Positions 26,908-35,140 of a stretch of 35,820 bases of DNA are shown here, piece after piece. The DNA comes from a phage. The stretch lies in NCBI GenBank assembly GCA_037431425.1, contig GCA_037431425.1_4129.3; one strand, 5' to 3'. The notes beneath the pieces were generated by a model that was not told where the DNA came from, searched no databases, and saw only the letters and a list, made by a program, of their open reading frames with translations. Every line of letters begins with the position of its first letter. Position 1 is the first letter of the stretch. The translations under genes were made by a program, and so were the position numbers.

Positions 26908-27282
26908 ATGAGTGTACTAGAAATTATTGTTTCAAAAATTTTAATTCCATATTGGAAGCCGATTTCTTTTGCGTTATTACTCGGTGGTGCGGCATTATCA
27001 GGTTGGAAAGCTAATACTTATTATACTGGTTATCAGCAAAGTATCGAGCAACAAATAGCCAAACAGGTTGATGTCGCACTTGATAAAATGCAACAGGAAA
27101 ATGCAAAAAATTACATTGAAACAAAAAAAATCATGGAAGATAATGCTAAAGTTATTGAAACGAAAGTTCCTTATATAGTAGAACGCAAAGTTTATAAGAA
27201 TGTGTGTTTAGATGAAGATGGCGTGAAAATTCTAAATGATCTAAAACAAAATTCACAAGCAATGAGGAATAAGTTAAAATGA
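26908..27282 (+). CDS. Putative i-spanin (inner-membrane spanin, Rz-like)
   Basis: N-terminal TM helix, then charged helical periplasmic region; SD AGGAGA; immediately precedes a lipoprotein gene. Confidence 0.55.
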   Translation: MSVLEIIVSKILIPYWKPISFALLLGGAALSGWKANTYYTGYQQSIEQQIAKQVDVALDKMQQENAKNYIETKKIMEDNAKVIETKVPYIVERKVYKNVCLDEDGVKILNDLKQNSQAMRNKLK

Positions 27283-27587
27283 AAAAAATATTAGTCCCAA
27301 TGATTTCTTTTTTAATTATAAGTGGTTGTGCTGAACAAGCAAAACTACAATCCCCTGCACCTATTAAACAAGAAATTCTATTAGAAAGATGTGATGATGA
27401 TACACCTCTGCCACAAAAAATCATGATTGACAATAATGGTTTTAAAGGTTATGATGGTGCAGAAATTCTTAAAGTACTTACTCGTTGGGATGCAATCTAT
27501 AATGAGTGTGCTTTAAAACATGATGCCTTGATTAAAACTATTCGCGATTTACAAGGCAAAGATATTAAAATTAATATCAAGGAATAA
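27279..27587 (+). CDS. Putative o-spanin (outer-membrane lipoprotein, Rz1-like)
   Basis: Signal peptide with lipobox IISGC; ~100 aa; ATGA coupling with the upstream gene. Confidence 0.55.
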   Translation: MKKILVPMISFLIISGCAEQAKLQSPAPIKQEILLERCDDDTPLPQKIMIDNNGFKGYDGAEILKVLTRWDAIYNECALKHDALIKTIRDLQGKDIKINIKE

Positions 27588-27588
27588 A

Positions 27589-28206
27589 ATGAACAAATAT
27601 CATGTTTACTATAAGACTAATTTATCACTACTGGAAAAATTAAACCATAAAAGTACTAAGATTAAACACTACACATTAAATGGAATTACTTTTAAGTATT
27701 TTCCACAAAAAGTTCTTACATTTATTAAGAATCCAAAATGCATAGCATGTGGTATTGAAGCAACAGAAGTACGTATTGAACGTACATTTAGTTCTGACCC
27801 AATTTTCGGTAAACCACATTTAAATCTATATGCAGTATGTGGTCTTTATGAAGTTTTAATGACAGTTGACCATAATAATCTAGCATCAAAAGGTGGTCCA
27901 GATTTAGAGTCGAACTTTAATACTATGTGCTCCAGATGCAATCAACTACGTTCAAATAAAACTGAATCAGTTGATGAGTTTCTTGTGAAAGTTAAAGGTC
28001 GTAATCTTCTACAAGAACATATGAATAATTTCTTTAATGTGCAAAATGGACAAAAGAAAAATAGTATTGATAAATCAAAACTACTAGAAGAACGTAGATT
28101 ACAACAAGAATTATGGGAAACTGATCATTTATGGCATGTTCGAGAATTTGGTCGCCATATGAAAGCGTTAAAAAAAGAACAAAAGAAATTGAACAATCAC
28201 AATTAA
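27589..28206 (+). CDS. HNH endonuclease (free-standing homing-endonuclease-like)
   Basis: VDHNNLASKGGPDLESNFNTMCSRCNQ (H-N-H with flanking Cys pairs CIAC/CSRC). Confidence 0.65.
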   Translation: MNKYHVYYKTNLSLLEKLNHKSTKIKHYTLNGITFKYFPQKVLTFIKNPKCIACGIEATEVRIERTFSSDPIFGKPHLNLYAVCGLYEVLMTVDHNNLASKGGPDLESNFNTMCSRCNQLRSNKTESVDEFLVKVKGRNLLQEHMNNFFNVQNGQKKNSIDKSKLLEERRLQQELWETDHLWHVREFGRHMKALKKEQKKLNNHN

Positions 28207-28216
28207 TATGCTATGA

Positions 28217-28248
28217 TAGGGACTTGAGAAATCGAGTCCCTATTTTTT
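28217..28248 (+). terminator. Rho-independent terminator
   Basis: TAGGGACT-tgagaaatcg-AGTCCCTA followed by TTTTTT. Confidence 0.7.
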
Positions 28249-28259
28249 GGAGAAAATAA

Positions 28260-28616
28260 ATGAAATCGAAAATCTTTTTACCACAATTAATGTGGCATCT
28301 GGCAGAGTTAGATGAAGATGATGAATACACTGACTATGGTACATGGGATGACAGTACTGAAACTTTCAAACCAGATATGAAATACAAAATCATTTGCAAC
28401 GAAAGTAAAGGGCACAGAAGGTGGACTGAAGAATTTGATCTCGTATTTCTTGACATGAGTACAAACAAGTTTTATCATTGTACATATGAACGAGGTTTAA
28501 CAGAAGACAGACCAGTACAACCATTCAGTAATGAAACTGATGGTGTTAAGTGCAATGAAGTTTCTGTTATAAGAGAAGAAATTATCACTTATCGAACTTT
28601 GTGGAAATATTTGTAA
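28260..28616 (+). CDS. Hypothetical acidic protein
   Basis: ORF with GGAG SD. Confidence 0.55.
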   Translation: MKSKIFLPQLMWHLAELDEDDEYTDYGTWDDSTETFKPDMKYKIICNESKGHRRWTEEFDLVFLDMSTNKFYHCTYERGLTEDRPVQPFSNETDGVKCNEVSVIREEIITYRTLWKYL

Positions 28617-28617
28617 A

Positions 28618-29016
28618 ATGCTTAAAGAATTAGATTTTTCAAACTTAGAAATTATCAGTGCTGTTAAAAACATCTCCGACATGGGAGATGAGAAATCAGT
28701 GCTTGTTACTATTACTTTTGTAAAAGAAGAAGATAGTTATAGTCATTTGACTGGTATTGAAGAACTAATTCATAAAACCAATCTTGAAAATAATGGTAAA
28801 CTCATCAAACTTCAGGCATCCTATATCCAAAAAACATCAAATTTTATAGACATAAATAATATAGTCAAGGTGGTATATAATCATCCTGACCACAAATATA
28901 GGAATACATCAAGAAATGAAAATATTGCGAAAGATACTAACATCATAGAAGATGTTGACTTTATCAATACTATTTTTGATCGTTGCTCTATTGATTTGAA
29001 AAAAGTATACATGTAA
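28618..29016 (+). CDS. Hypothetical protein
   Basis: ORF 2 nt after the upstream stop. Confidence 0.5.
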   Translation: MLKELDFSNLEIISAVKNISDMGDEKSVLVTITFVKEEDSYSHLTGIEELIHKTNLENNGKLIKLQASYIQKTSNFIDINNIVKVVYNHPDHKYRNTSRNENIAKDTNIIEDVDFINTIFDRCSIDLKKVYM

Positions 29017-29045
29017 TGGGACAATAATTGAACCTGTGATATAAT
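29017..29045 (+). promoter_or_regulatory. Promoter: -35-like TGGGACA plus extended -10 TGaTATAAT
   Basis: TGGGACAATA at 29017-29026, TGATATAAT at 29037-29045; same motif and spacing as at 7215-7244. Confidence 0.5.
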
Positions 29046-29326
29046 GTATATTGTAAAATGACAACGGACATTGTAAAAAATGGACACTGAAAACCTAATT
29101 CACTTGAAAATGTAAAGGATAGATGAGCTTTACCGTTGTAGCGAACAGCAGAAGAAACCCGTTAGAGTACTGGCATTCAAACAAACACGATGTAAGACCA
29201 CGAATCACGGCGACACGGCTGTATAAAGAACTCCGATAAGCATACAGAGAGTTCCTAGATAGATGTATAAGGTTCGCACCTTACCAGATTTGCTAAGGGA
29301 GTTTAAGAATGGCGAACGCAATTTTT

Positions 29327-29355
29327 ACAAGAAAGTTGCGTCCAAAATTTGAGAA
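29327..29355. repeat. Direct repeat copy 1 (29 nt)
   Basis: ACAAGAAAGTTGCGTCCAAAATTTGAGAA; 26/29 identical to copy 2, 153 bp away. Confidence 0.8.
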
Positions 29356-29479
29356 CAAGTACTACTTTGATCGAATAGAGTTAGTACTGAGTGCTGTTGA
29401 TGAAAAGACCAGCGACCGTTGCATATGACTGCGATAGAGAGAAACCGAGCAACCCGCTTTCGCTCTCTAAATCTTTGGT

Positions 29480-29508
29480 ACGAGAAAGATCCGTCCAAAA
29501 TTTGAGAA
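29480..29508. repeat. Direct repeat copy 2 (29 nt)
   Basis: ACGAGAAAGATCCGTCCAAAATTTGAGAA. Confidence 0.8.
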
Positions 29509-29546
29509 ATTCGCAATTCGATAATATCCGATGCCATCAGCGTCAA

Positions 29547-29573
29547 GAAGAGACTTAATTGTCTCTTTTTTAT
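29547..29573 (+). terminator. Rho-independent terminator closing the non-coding island
   Basis: AAGAGAC-ttaatt-GTCTCTT followed by TTTTTT. Confidence 0.65.
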
Positions 29574-29712
29574 TACTTTCATTCCCCTGTGGGGGGATGA
29601 AATAGTCCTCAACAAATCCCGTCAAGTTATTAAAATACATTATCATTATTCAGAAGTAACAAGTTTACGAAGTAAACGAAGTGACTTCTTGGGTTGCGAG
29701 AGAACGAAGTGA

Positions 29713-30141
29713 ATGAGTAACACAACGAAAATATATAATAAATCTGAATTAACACAATTGTTATTCAAAGAATATTTTGAGTTTCAGATAAAAGACGAAC
29801 ATCAATTACCACAACAATACTTGAAAAGAATTAAAGATACGTCAGTAATTACTAAAGAAACTAATTTTTATAATAGTATTTTGGATTTCGTTAAATCAGT
29901 TCATACGACAAGACCTATTGTAGTTTTGTTTTTTGATAAATCTATCCCTTTAGTAGTTCCCGAAAATGTATTTTTTATCTCAGAAACTGATTTAAATAAC
30001 CAAAGTACTGTAAGTAGATTAAGAAATTGCTTACTTGTAGTATGTGATTCCTATTTGTATAATAACAGAATACTATGGGATAGAAGTAAACGTAATGCAG
30101 TTTCGGAAATGAACCCTGAACTTACATTTATTATTAACTAA
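29713..30141 (+). CDS. Hypothetical protein
   Basis: 142-aa ORF; first gene after the non-coding island. Confidence 0.5.
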   Translation: MSNTTKIYNKSELTQLLFKEYFEFQIKDEHQLPQQYLKRIKDTSVITKETNFYNSILDFVKSVHTTRPIVVLFFDKSIPLVVPENVFFISETDLNNQSTVSRLRNCLLVVCDSYLYNNRILWDRSKRNAVSEMNPELTFIIN

Positions 30142-30147
30142 ATACCA

Positions 30148-30155
30148 TATAAATA
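30148..30155 (+). promoter_or_regulatory. T4-type late promoter box TATAAATA
   Basis: Exact TATAAATA 18 nt upstream of ATG 30174, with AAGGAGAG SD between. Confidence 0.5.
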
Positions 30156-30173
30156 ACTCTAAGGAGAGATTTT

Positions 30174-30614
30174 ATGGAAAATATTGAAAATTTGAGACAT
30201 GTTATGGATTTTATCATTGATACTGAAGAAGATAGTGCTTATGATGAAATCCTACTAACTTTTATTGAAAATAGTTTGTTTTTAAGTTCTGCTGCACATA
30301 ACTGGCATTTACAAAGCCGATTCTATACTAAGCATCTTCAACTGGATGAACTATACAAAGAGTTACCTGAGTATGTTGATGCATTTGTAGAGGGTATTAT
30401 GAACACACGCGGTGCATTACAGGTAGGAACTGGTAACAGTTATCGTTTTACCCCTATCGAAGATTGTGTACCAATTCTTGAAGAATATGCGAGTCAATGT
30501 AAAGCCATTCATGCTATGCTTGAGGAAGCTGAAGACTATGGCAGTACTAACACATTAGAAGATATTATGAGTTTTGTAGACGGTGTGCTTTACAAACTTA
30601 AAGTTTTACAATAA
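30174..30614 (+). CDS. Dps/ferritin-like four-helix-bundle protein (late)
   Basis: AAHNWHLQSRFYTKHLQLDELYKEL...DAFVEGIMNTRGA parallels Dps ...[28 protein letters not shown]...DEIAERIRALGG. Confidence 0.55.
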   Translation: MENIENLRHVMDFIIDTEEDSAYDEILLTFIENSLFLSSAAHNWHLQSRFYTKHLQLDELYKELPEYVDAFVEGIMNTRGALQVGTGNSYRFTPIEDCVPILEEYASQCKAIHAMLEEAEDYGSTNTLEDIMSFVDGVLYKLKVLQ

Positions 30615-30621
30615 AATATAT

Positions 30622-30651
30622 GGAGAGTCATTGTGACTCTCCTTTTCTTTT
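30622..30651 (+). terminator. Rho-independent terminator
   Basis: GGAGAGTCA-ttg-TGACTCTCC followed by TTTTCTTTT. Confidence 0.8.
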
Positions 30652-30662
30652 GGAGAATATAT

Positions 30663-31016
30663 ATGAGTGATTACCGAGTAACATCTGGACTAATGGCCCG
30701 ACTTATTGAAGCAGTTCCTAAAGAGGATTATGAAGCTATTTCAGATCGTCTTTTTGACGCAGATTCTAAACTCCATATTACATATGATGGTACATTAATT
30801 TACAGTACTGATATTGATATTCCTAGCTATGAATTTGAGATTTCTTTTGGTAGCAAACTAAGTACTGAAGAATTCGCTCGAAAATGTGAGCGTGAAGGGC
30901 TGTGTATTGATATCAGTTCAGTTCAGCCATACACGTCACTGTGGTATGATGGTGCTGATAGTCCAATGTCTACTACAACTTTACAGGATTTTCTAAATGC
31001 AAATAAAAAAGATTAA
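30663..31016 (+). CDS. Hypothetical protein
   Basis: Track ORF starts at 30633 inside the terminator hairpin; ATG 30663 with GGAG 7 nt upstream is the likelier start. Confidence 0.5.
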   Translation: MSDYRVTSGLMARLIEAVPKEDYEAISDRLFDADSKLHITYDGTLIYSTDIDIPSYEFEISFGSKLSTEEFARKCEREGLCIDISSVQPYTSLWYDGADSPMSTTTLQDFLNANKKD

Positions 31017-31389
31017 ATTCCACCAGCATTGTTCTATACATGAATGTGATGATTGTGGTATGAACATGAGTGACATTTATACAGTTTCCTGTAAAGGATT
31101 CAAATTCACACACGGTGAACCTGCTTATTGTTATGGGACAGAAGAAGGTGATATCGAAGTAGTACTGAAAGAATTGTTCCAGTACTTGCAAAGTGCTGGT
31201 TATGATGTTACAATGCCCACATATTACGAAGATGATTATGACTCACATGTAGAAGAAAATACATATTATAATCAATTTGTTCATGGTAATGGATTTATCA
31301 CATACCTTCATGAGAATGGTATTGAGGTAAAAACTAAGTACACAAGTGATGATTACGAAAGTGATGACTCAATGGAGATTGAAGATTGA
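30997..31389 (+). CDS. Hypothetical acidic protein
   Basis: ORF overlapping the upstream 3' end; start uncertain. Confidence 0.45.
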   Translation: MQIKKIKFHQHCSIHECDDCGMNMSDIYTVSCKGFKFTHGEPAYCYGTEEGDIEVVLKELFQYLQSAGYDVTMPTYYEDDYDSHVEENTYYNQFVHGNGFITYLHENGIEVKTKYTSDDYESDDSMEIED

Positions 31390-31970
31390 AAGCAAAAGAC
31401 CTAGCAGCACTGTTGATGCAGAATCCTGAAATGGAAGTTTATCATGAGCATATGCATATTGATGATATGTATGAAGCGTACTATTCACCAGAAAATGTAT
31501 CTGGTATTGAAATCACACCAAGTGGTGTATTCATCAGTACTGAACGTATTGATTACAATTCCCAGCAAGAAATCAAAACTCCACATAAAAAACCTCGCAT
31601 TGGTGCTATTGAACTTGTATTTCAACAGGATCGTCTGGTTGAGTACAACGAAGACGATGGTTCTACTCGAACTGATGTTGAGAATGTTGTTTTTCGTTTT
31701 TATAATGCATATGAAGACCCAACAACAGGTGAAGATTTCTTCCGTGAACTATTAAATGATGGGGAAGTTTATGGTGAAGATGGAACTGTGTTTGTATTGG
31801 ACCCTAATTATGATCCAGATCACAACACATGGCAATTCTATACACCACAAGATGTAATGGAGGTTAAAGTACTTACTGACATTGACGATATGTGGAATCC
31901 AGTATATACTTCGATGACATTTGACGAAGCAAAGAAATACTTCGTTTCTAAACTAAACATTAAACAATAG
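31386..31970 (+). CDS. Hypothetical acidic protein
   Basis: Track start is TTG at 31386 overlapping the upstream stop; first ATG is 31416. Confidence 0.45.
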   Translation: MKAKDLAALLMQNPEMEVYHEHMHIDDMYEAYYSPENVSGIEITPSGVFISTERIDYNSQQEIKTPHKKPRIGAIELVFQQDRLVEYNEDDGSTRTDVENVVFRFYNAYEDPTTGEDFFRELLNDGEVYGEDGTVFVLDPNYDPDHNTWQFYTPQDVMEVKVLTDIDDMWNPVYTSMTFDEAKKYFVSKLNIKQ

Positions 31971-31984
31971 GGATTCTCAAATTT

Positions 31985-32266
31985 ATGAAAATTGTTGCAA
32001 GTGCATGGATGAAACAACCAGATGGTACAAGTGCTTTTGAAGAGTATGGTTTTGTTGAAAGTGTAGAAGAATTAAATCGTTTCAAAAGTGAAAATGATGA
32101 TGATGTATTTGATATTGTATTCACCTATCACCATATTCCAAATGATACCGATTATGAACATTATTATTACAATCCTGACCTATTGGAAATTCTAGTGTGC
32201 GACAATCAACATGAAATTGATGAAAACACTGCTCTACTAATGTTGAGCACTGTGTCTCCGGTATAA
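31985..32266 (+). CDS. Hypothetical protein
   Basis: ORF in the operon. Confidence 0.5.
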   Translation: MKIVASAWMKQPDGTSAFEEYGFVESVEELNRFKSENDDDVFDIVFTYHHIPNDTDYEHYYYNPDLLEILVCDNQHEIDENTALLMLSTVSPV

Positions 32267-32274
32267 GGAGTTAT

Positions 32275-32754
32275 ATGTATAACCTTACAATTATCCGCGA
32301 ACCAAATGAATATGATGGTGATACGACATATGGTGAAGTTTTGGTATTTCAAAGTACTGAACAAAGTGAAATTGAACGTGAATTAAAAGATTATTTACGT
32401 GAACATTTATATCTATACCGTACTGATGCAAATTGTCATTATGGTGATATAATGTTTATTGTAACACATAATGGTGTAGTAATTGAATATGTGAATATGA
32501 CAAATGCTATGGATTTTCTTAATTACACTGATACTTCTACACCATTGGATAATTATTTCAGTACTGTTTTTGATGAATTACGTAAGAACGTTTCTAGAAA
32601 TGATAGATTCTGCACTAATGTTGAATTATTAGAATCAAATACAAGAAAGAATCTTTCTAAAAAGTATGATGAGGAACGTAGAAAAAATATGGAAATTAAA
32701 CATTTACATGAGTTAATGAAGAAATATCCCAATGAGGTCAAATATGGCTCTTAG
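32275..32754 (+). CDS. Hypothetical protein
   Basis: ORF with AAGGAG SD. Confidence 0.55.
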   Translation: MYNLTIIREPNEYDGDTTYGEVLVFQSTEQSEIERELKDYLREHLYLYRTDANCHYGDIMFIVTHNGVVIEYVNMTNAMDFLNYTDTSTPLDNYFSTVFDELRKNVSRNDRFCTNVELLESNTRKNLSKKYDEERRKNMEIKHLHELMKKYPNEVKYGS

Positions 32755-33082
32755 AGGACAAACTCAATATAAGTGTATTGAAGAAATCAGAAAGAAAGAC
32801 GGAACACTTTTTGACAGGAAATTAAAACAAGAATATAAAGACCTAAGAGATGTTATACGAAATGAAAGTTTCGGTGGGAAGCGTAGACAGAAGATTTATG
32901 AATTTCTGAAGAATGGTTTAGAAATTCAAGTCAATGGACTTCATTGTGTACAAACTAAAAACGATCCAGATATTTTACGTCTTTTAAAAGAGGGTAAAAT
33001 AGAAATGTTCAATACCCCAATTTCATCCTATGGTAATAGATTAAAATGTAAGCACACATACTTAAGGATTAAAAATGGGTAA
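32744..33082 (+). CDS. Hypothetical basic protein
   Basis: ATG 32744 with GAGG 6 nt upstream (track starts at 32732); overlaps the tk start. Confidence 0.5.
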   Translation: MALRGQTQYKCIEEIRKKDGTLFDRKLKQEYKDLRDVIRNESFGGKRRQKIYEFLKNGLEIQVNGLHCVQTKNDPDILRLLKEGKIEMFNTPISSYGNRLKCKHTYLRIKNG

Positions 33083-33659
33083 ATTAGTATATTACTATGG
33101 TAGTATGTCTAGTGGTAAAAGTACTCATCTTTTGCAAAAAGCATATAACCATAAGAAAAATGGAATGAAGGTAATTTACTTAACCAGTGCACTTGATGAT
33201 CGTTATGGAACTGGAAAGATTACTTCAAGGATTGGCATCGAAGCTGAGGCTGAAGTAATTCCAAAAAATGACATTAGTGTTCTTCTTAAAGTTAAAGAAA
33301 CTCTCAATAATGATGTTGACATTAACAGTATCTATGTTGATGAATGTCAATTTTTAAACAGGGAACAGATTGACCATTTAGCTGATATCGCAGATAATTA
33401 TGGTGTTGATGTTTCTTGTTATGGAATCCGAACAGATTTTGAATCCAACCTATTTGAAGGTTCACAAAGACTGTTTGAAATAGCTGATGACATACACGAA
33501 CTTAAGAACGTGTGTGAGAATAAGAAGTGTGGTAAAGAAGCTACCATGAATGCTCGTATAGTTGAAAGTACGGAGAAAGTGTTTATTGGTGGTAACGAAT
33601 CATATAAAAGCCTATGCAGAAAATGTTACAAAGACTATATGAGGAATAAAAATGGTTGA
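33075..33659 (+). CDS. tk: Thymidine kinase
   Basis: Walker A YYGSMSSGKST, YVDECQF and C-terminal Cys pairs, collinear with T4 Tk; SD AAGGA. Confidence 0.92.
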   Translation: MGKLVYYYGSMSSGKSTHLLQKAYNHKKNGMKVIYLTSALDDRYGTGKITSRIGIEAEAEVIPKNDISVLLKVKETLNNDVDINSIYVDECQFLNREQIDHLADIADNYGVDVSCYGIRTDFESNLFEGSQRLFEIADDIHELKNVCENKKCGKEATMNARIVESTEKVFIGGNESYKSLCRKCYKDYMRNKNG

Positions 33660-33873
33660 TACATTATTGAAACGAGTTTTGAATAACGTACTATATGGAT
33701 TAAAAAAAGCAACAAATCTTATTTTTAGTTCAGTAGAAATGATTATTACAGTGCTGGTATTTTCACTTGTGCTACATTTTGTACCATTCTGGTTAGTTTT
33801 CATTGCACTCATTATTACACTTGGTGTACATGTTTATAATGTTTACTTAGAATTAATGAAAGATGGTGATTAA
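33652..33873 (+). CDS. Small membrane protein
   Basis: 73-aa ORF with two hydrophobic helices; overlaps the tk stop. Confidence 0.5.
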   Translation: MVDTLLKRVLNNVLYGLKKATNLIFSSVEMIITVLVFSLVLHFVPFWLVFIALIITLGVHVYNVYLELMKDGD

Positions 33874-33881
33874 ATTTAGTT

Positions 33882-33907
33882 AGACCTCACTATGTGGGGT
33901 CTTTTTT
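33882..33907 (+). terminator. Rho-independent terminator
   Basis: AGACCTCAC-tat-GTGGGGTCT (one G-U pair) followed by TTTTTT. Confidence 0.7.
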
Positions 33908-33919
33908 AAGGTAAATGAT

Positions 33920-34363
33920 ATGCATATTGAGGTAGAGACATTCAAACGTTTTATCGACATTTGTCGTCATACGAGTCTTGTATATTTGGGTCCAGGTGCA
34001 AACTTCAGAACATTATCTTCAATTTTAGGATATACTGAGCCATCATGTATATATTATGATGGTAATATGATTCATCTCACTGATGGGGATTTTAATGTTC
34101 AGTACATTTCTCAATGTGATATGTATGTGTTTAATACACCAGAATATAATATTATTATTGAAGAACGTACTAAAGATAATTACCCAACCAAATATGTAAG
34201 TTGGGATAGAACAGACTGTGTATATGCTACTGGACCAGTACAGAAACCTATGAATTATCCTACTATTCATTTGAATTTTATCCATGATGAAATAAAAGAT
34301 TACTGTAACAGTATTTCTGATTCAGAAACAAAATACTTTCCTATTATATTTTTTAAGGTTTGA
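33920..34363 (+). CDS. Hypothetical protein
   Basis: ORF with AAGG upstream. Confidence 0.5.
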   Translation: MHIEVETFKRFIDICRHTSLVYLGPGANFRTLSSILGYTEPSCIYYDGNMIHLTDGDFNVQYISQCDMYVFNTPEYNIIIEERTKDNYPTKYVSWDRTDCVYATGPVQKPMNYPTIHLNFIHDEIKDYCNSISDSETKYFPIIFFKV

Positions 34364-34365
34364 TT

Positions 34366-34755
34366 ATGAGATGGCGTAAACGACACGTAAAAAGATTTGA
34401 TAAAATAATCAAAAAGTATTTCTCGCATAAGTTAGATCCAATCATACTTCAACTAAGAAGTAGTATGTTTGATAGACGTTTCCCACAGTGTTTAGAATCG
34501 TACAGTCGTAAACGTTACAAGAATGAATACCTGGTATATCGTTATGATTTATCAGAATTCTTTTTGAATACTCGTGTATCTGTACCCATCAGACTGTACT
34601 CAAGGGTAAAACGAAGTAGGGTCCAAGATATCACTTATGGTTATCTTATGCTTGAGATTAATGAACTCAATGAAAAAACAGGTAGAAATTTCAGTACTTT
34701 ATGTCTGGAAAACAATGATACCATAAAAAGAATTATAGAAGATTTGGGCAAGTAG
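34366..34755 (+). CDS. Hypothetical basic protein
   Basis: Track starts at TTG 34360; ATG 34366 with AAGG 7 nt upstream. Confidence 0.5.
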   Translation: MRWRKRHVKRFDKIIKKYFSHKLDPIILQLRSSMFDRRFPQCLESYSRKRYKNEYLVYRYDLSEFFLNTRVSVPIRLYSRVKRSRVQDITYGYLMLEINELNEKTGRNFSTLCLENNDTIKRIIEDLGK

Positions 34756-34773
34756 GATTTTTTATGCTATAAT
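34745..34773 (+). promoter_or_regulatory. Promoter-like element: TGGGCA, 17-bp spacer, extended -10 TGcTATAAT
   Basis: Third instance of the TGGG(A)CA...TGnTATAAT pattern seen at 7215 and 29017. Confidence 0.35.
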
Positions 34774-34784
34774 TGGAGATGTGT

Positions 34785-35129
34785 ATGAAATATATTGATA
34801 AAGGTACAGTTGAGACGCAGTACTGGAATATTCATATGGCTGGTGATATCCAAACAGCAAGGGAGTACACAAGAAAATTTGCATTTAATCATGGTTTTTG
34901 TGTACAATTGACCCCATGTGAATACATCTATACTGGTGGTCTTGAAAGTGGAATATGTGCTCGTATTATTCAGTACCCACGCTTCCCAAAAGAAGAAGTA
35001 TATCTCAACAGAGATGTATTAAACTATGCTAAGGGTTTAGCTGAAGAGATGTGTCAAAAGAGTTTTACTATTGAGCGAAACAATGATACAATCTATTATG
35101 AAAGCGATGAACCTTTACACAAGAAATAA
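34785..35129 (+). CDS. Hypothetical protein
   Basis: ATG 34785 with GGAG 6 nt upstream (track starts at TTG 34773); an alternative leaderless start at ATG 34779 is possible. Confidence 0.5.
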   Translation: MKYIDKGTVETQYWNIHMAGDIQTAREYTRKFAFNHGFCVQLTPCEYIYTGGLESGICARIIQYPRFPKEEVYLNRDVLNYAKGLAEEMCQKSFTIERNNDTIYYESDEPLHKK

Positions 35130-35140
35130 AAGGAAAATAT

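Larger units (their letters stand above)
29100..29546 (+). ncRNA. Candidate structured non-coding RNA locus (type unknown)
   Basis: ~450 bp between a promoter and an intrinsic terminator; no plausible plus-strand ORF; GC ~45-50% against a ~35% background; nested inverted repeats (e.g. GGTTCGC...GCGAACG, CCTTA...TAAGG). Confidence 0.3.

Noticed and set aside
29124-29237. Plus-strand 37-codon ORF with AAGGA upstream in the island
   Set aside because: Codon usage is GC-rich and unlike neighbouring genes; more consistent with structured RNA than coding.
29271-29280. GGTTCGCACC resembling a tRNA T-arm
   Set aside because: The loop lacks the conserved A at position 58 and no cloverleaf could be assembled; probably part of a different hairpin (GGTTCGC...GCGAACG).
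29327-29508. CRISPR array
   Set aside because: Only two repeat copies, 153 bp apart (spacers would be ~124 bp); no cas genes. Not a CRISPR array.
29325-29615. Minus-strand 96-aa ORF inside the non-coding island
   Set aside because: Only minus-strand candidate in a uniformly plus-strand region; non-ATG start in the track; GC-rich codons atypical for this genome; runs through the plus-strand terminator hairpin. Not fully excluded.
3274-31755. Nested plus-strand ORFs in alternative frames (3274..3525, 5784..6017, 15178..15384, 22882..23118, 23835..24023, 31444..31755)
   Set aside because: Each is embedded in a longer ORF with better support (motifs, SD, operon coupling); low-complexity translations.
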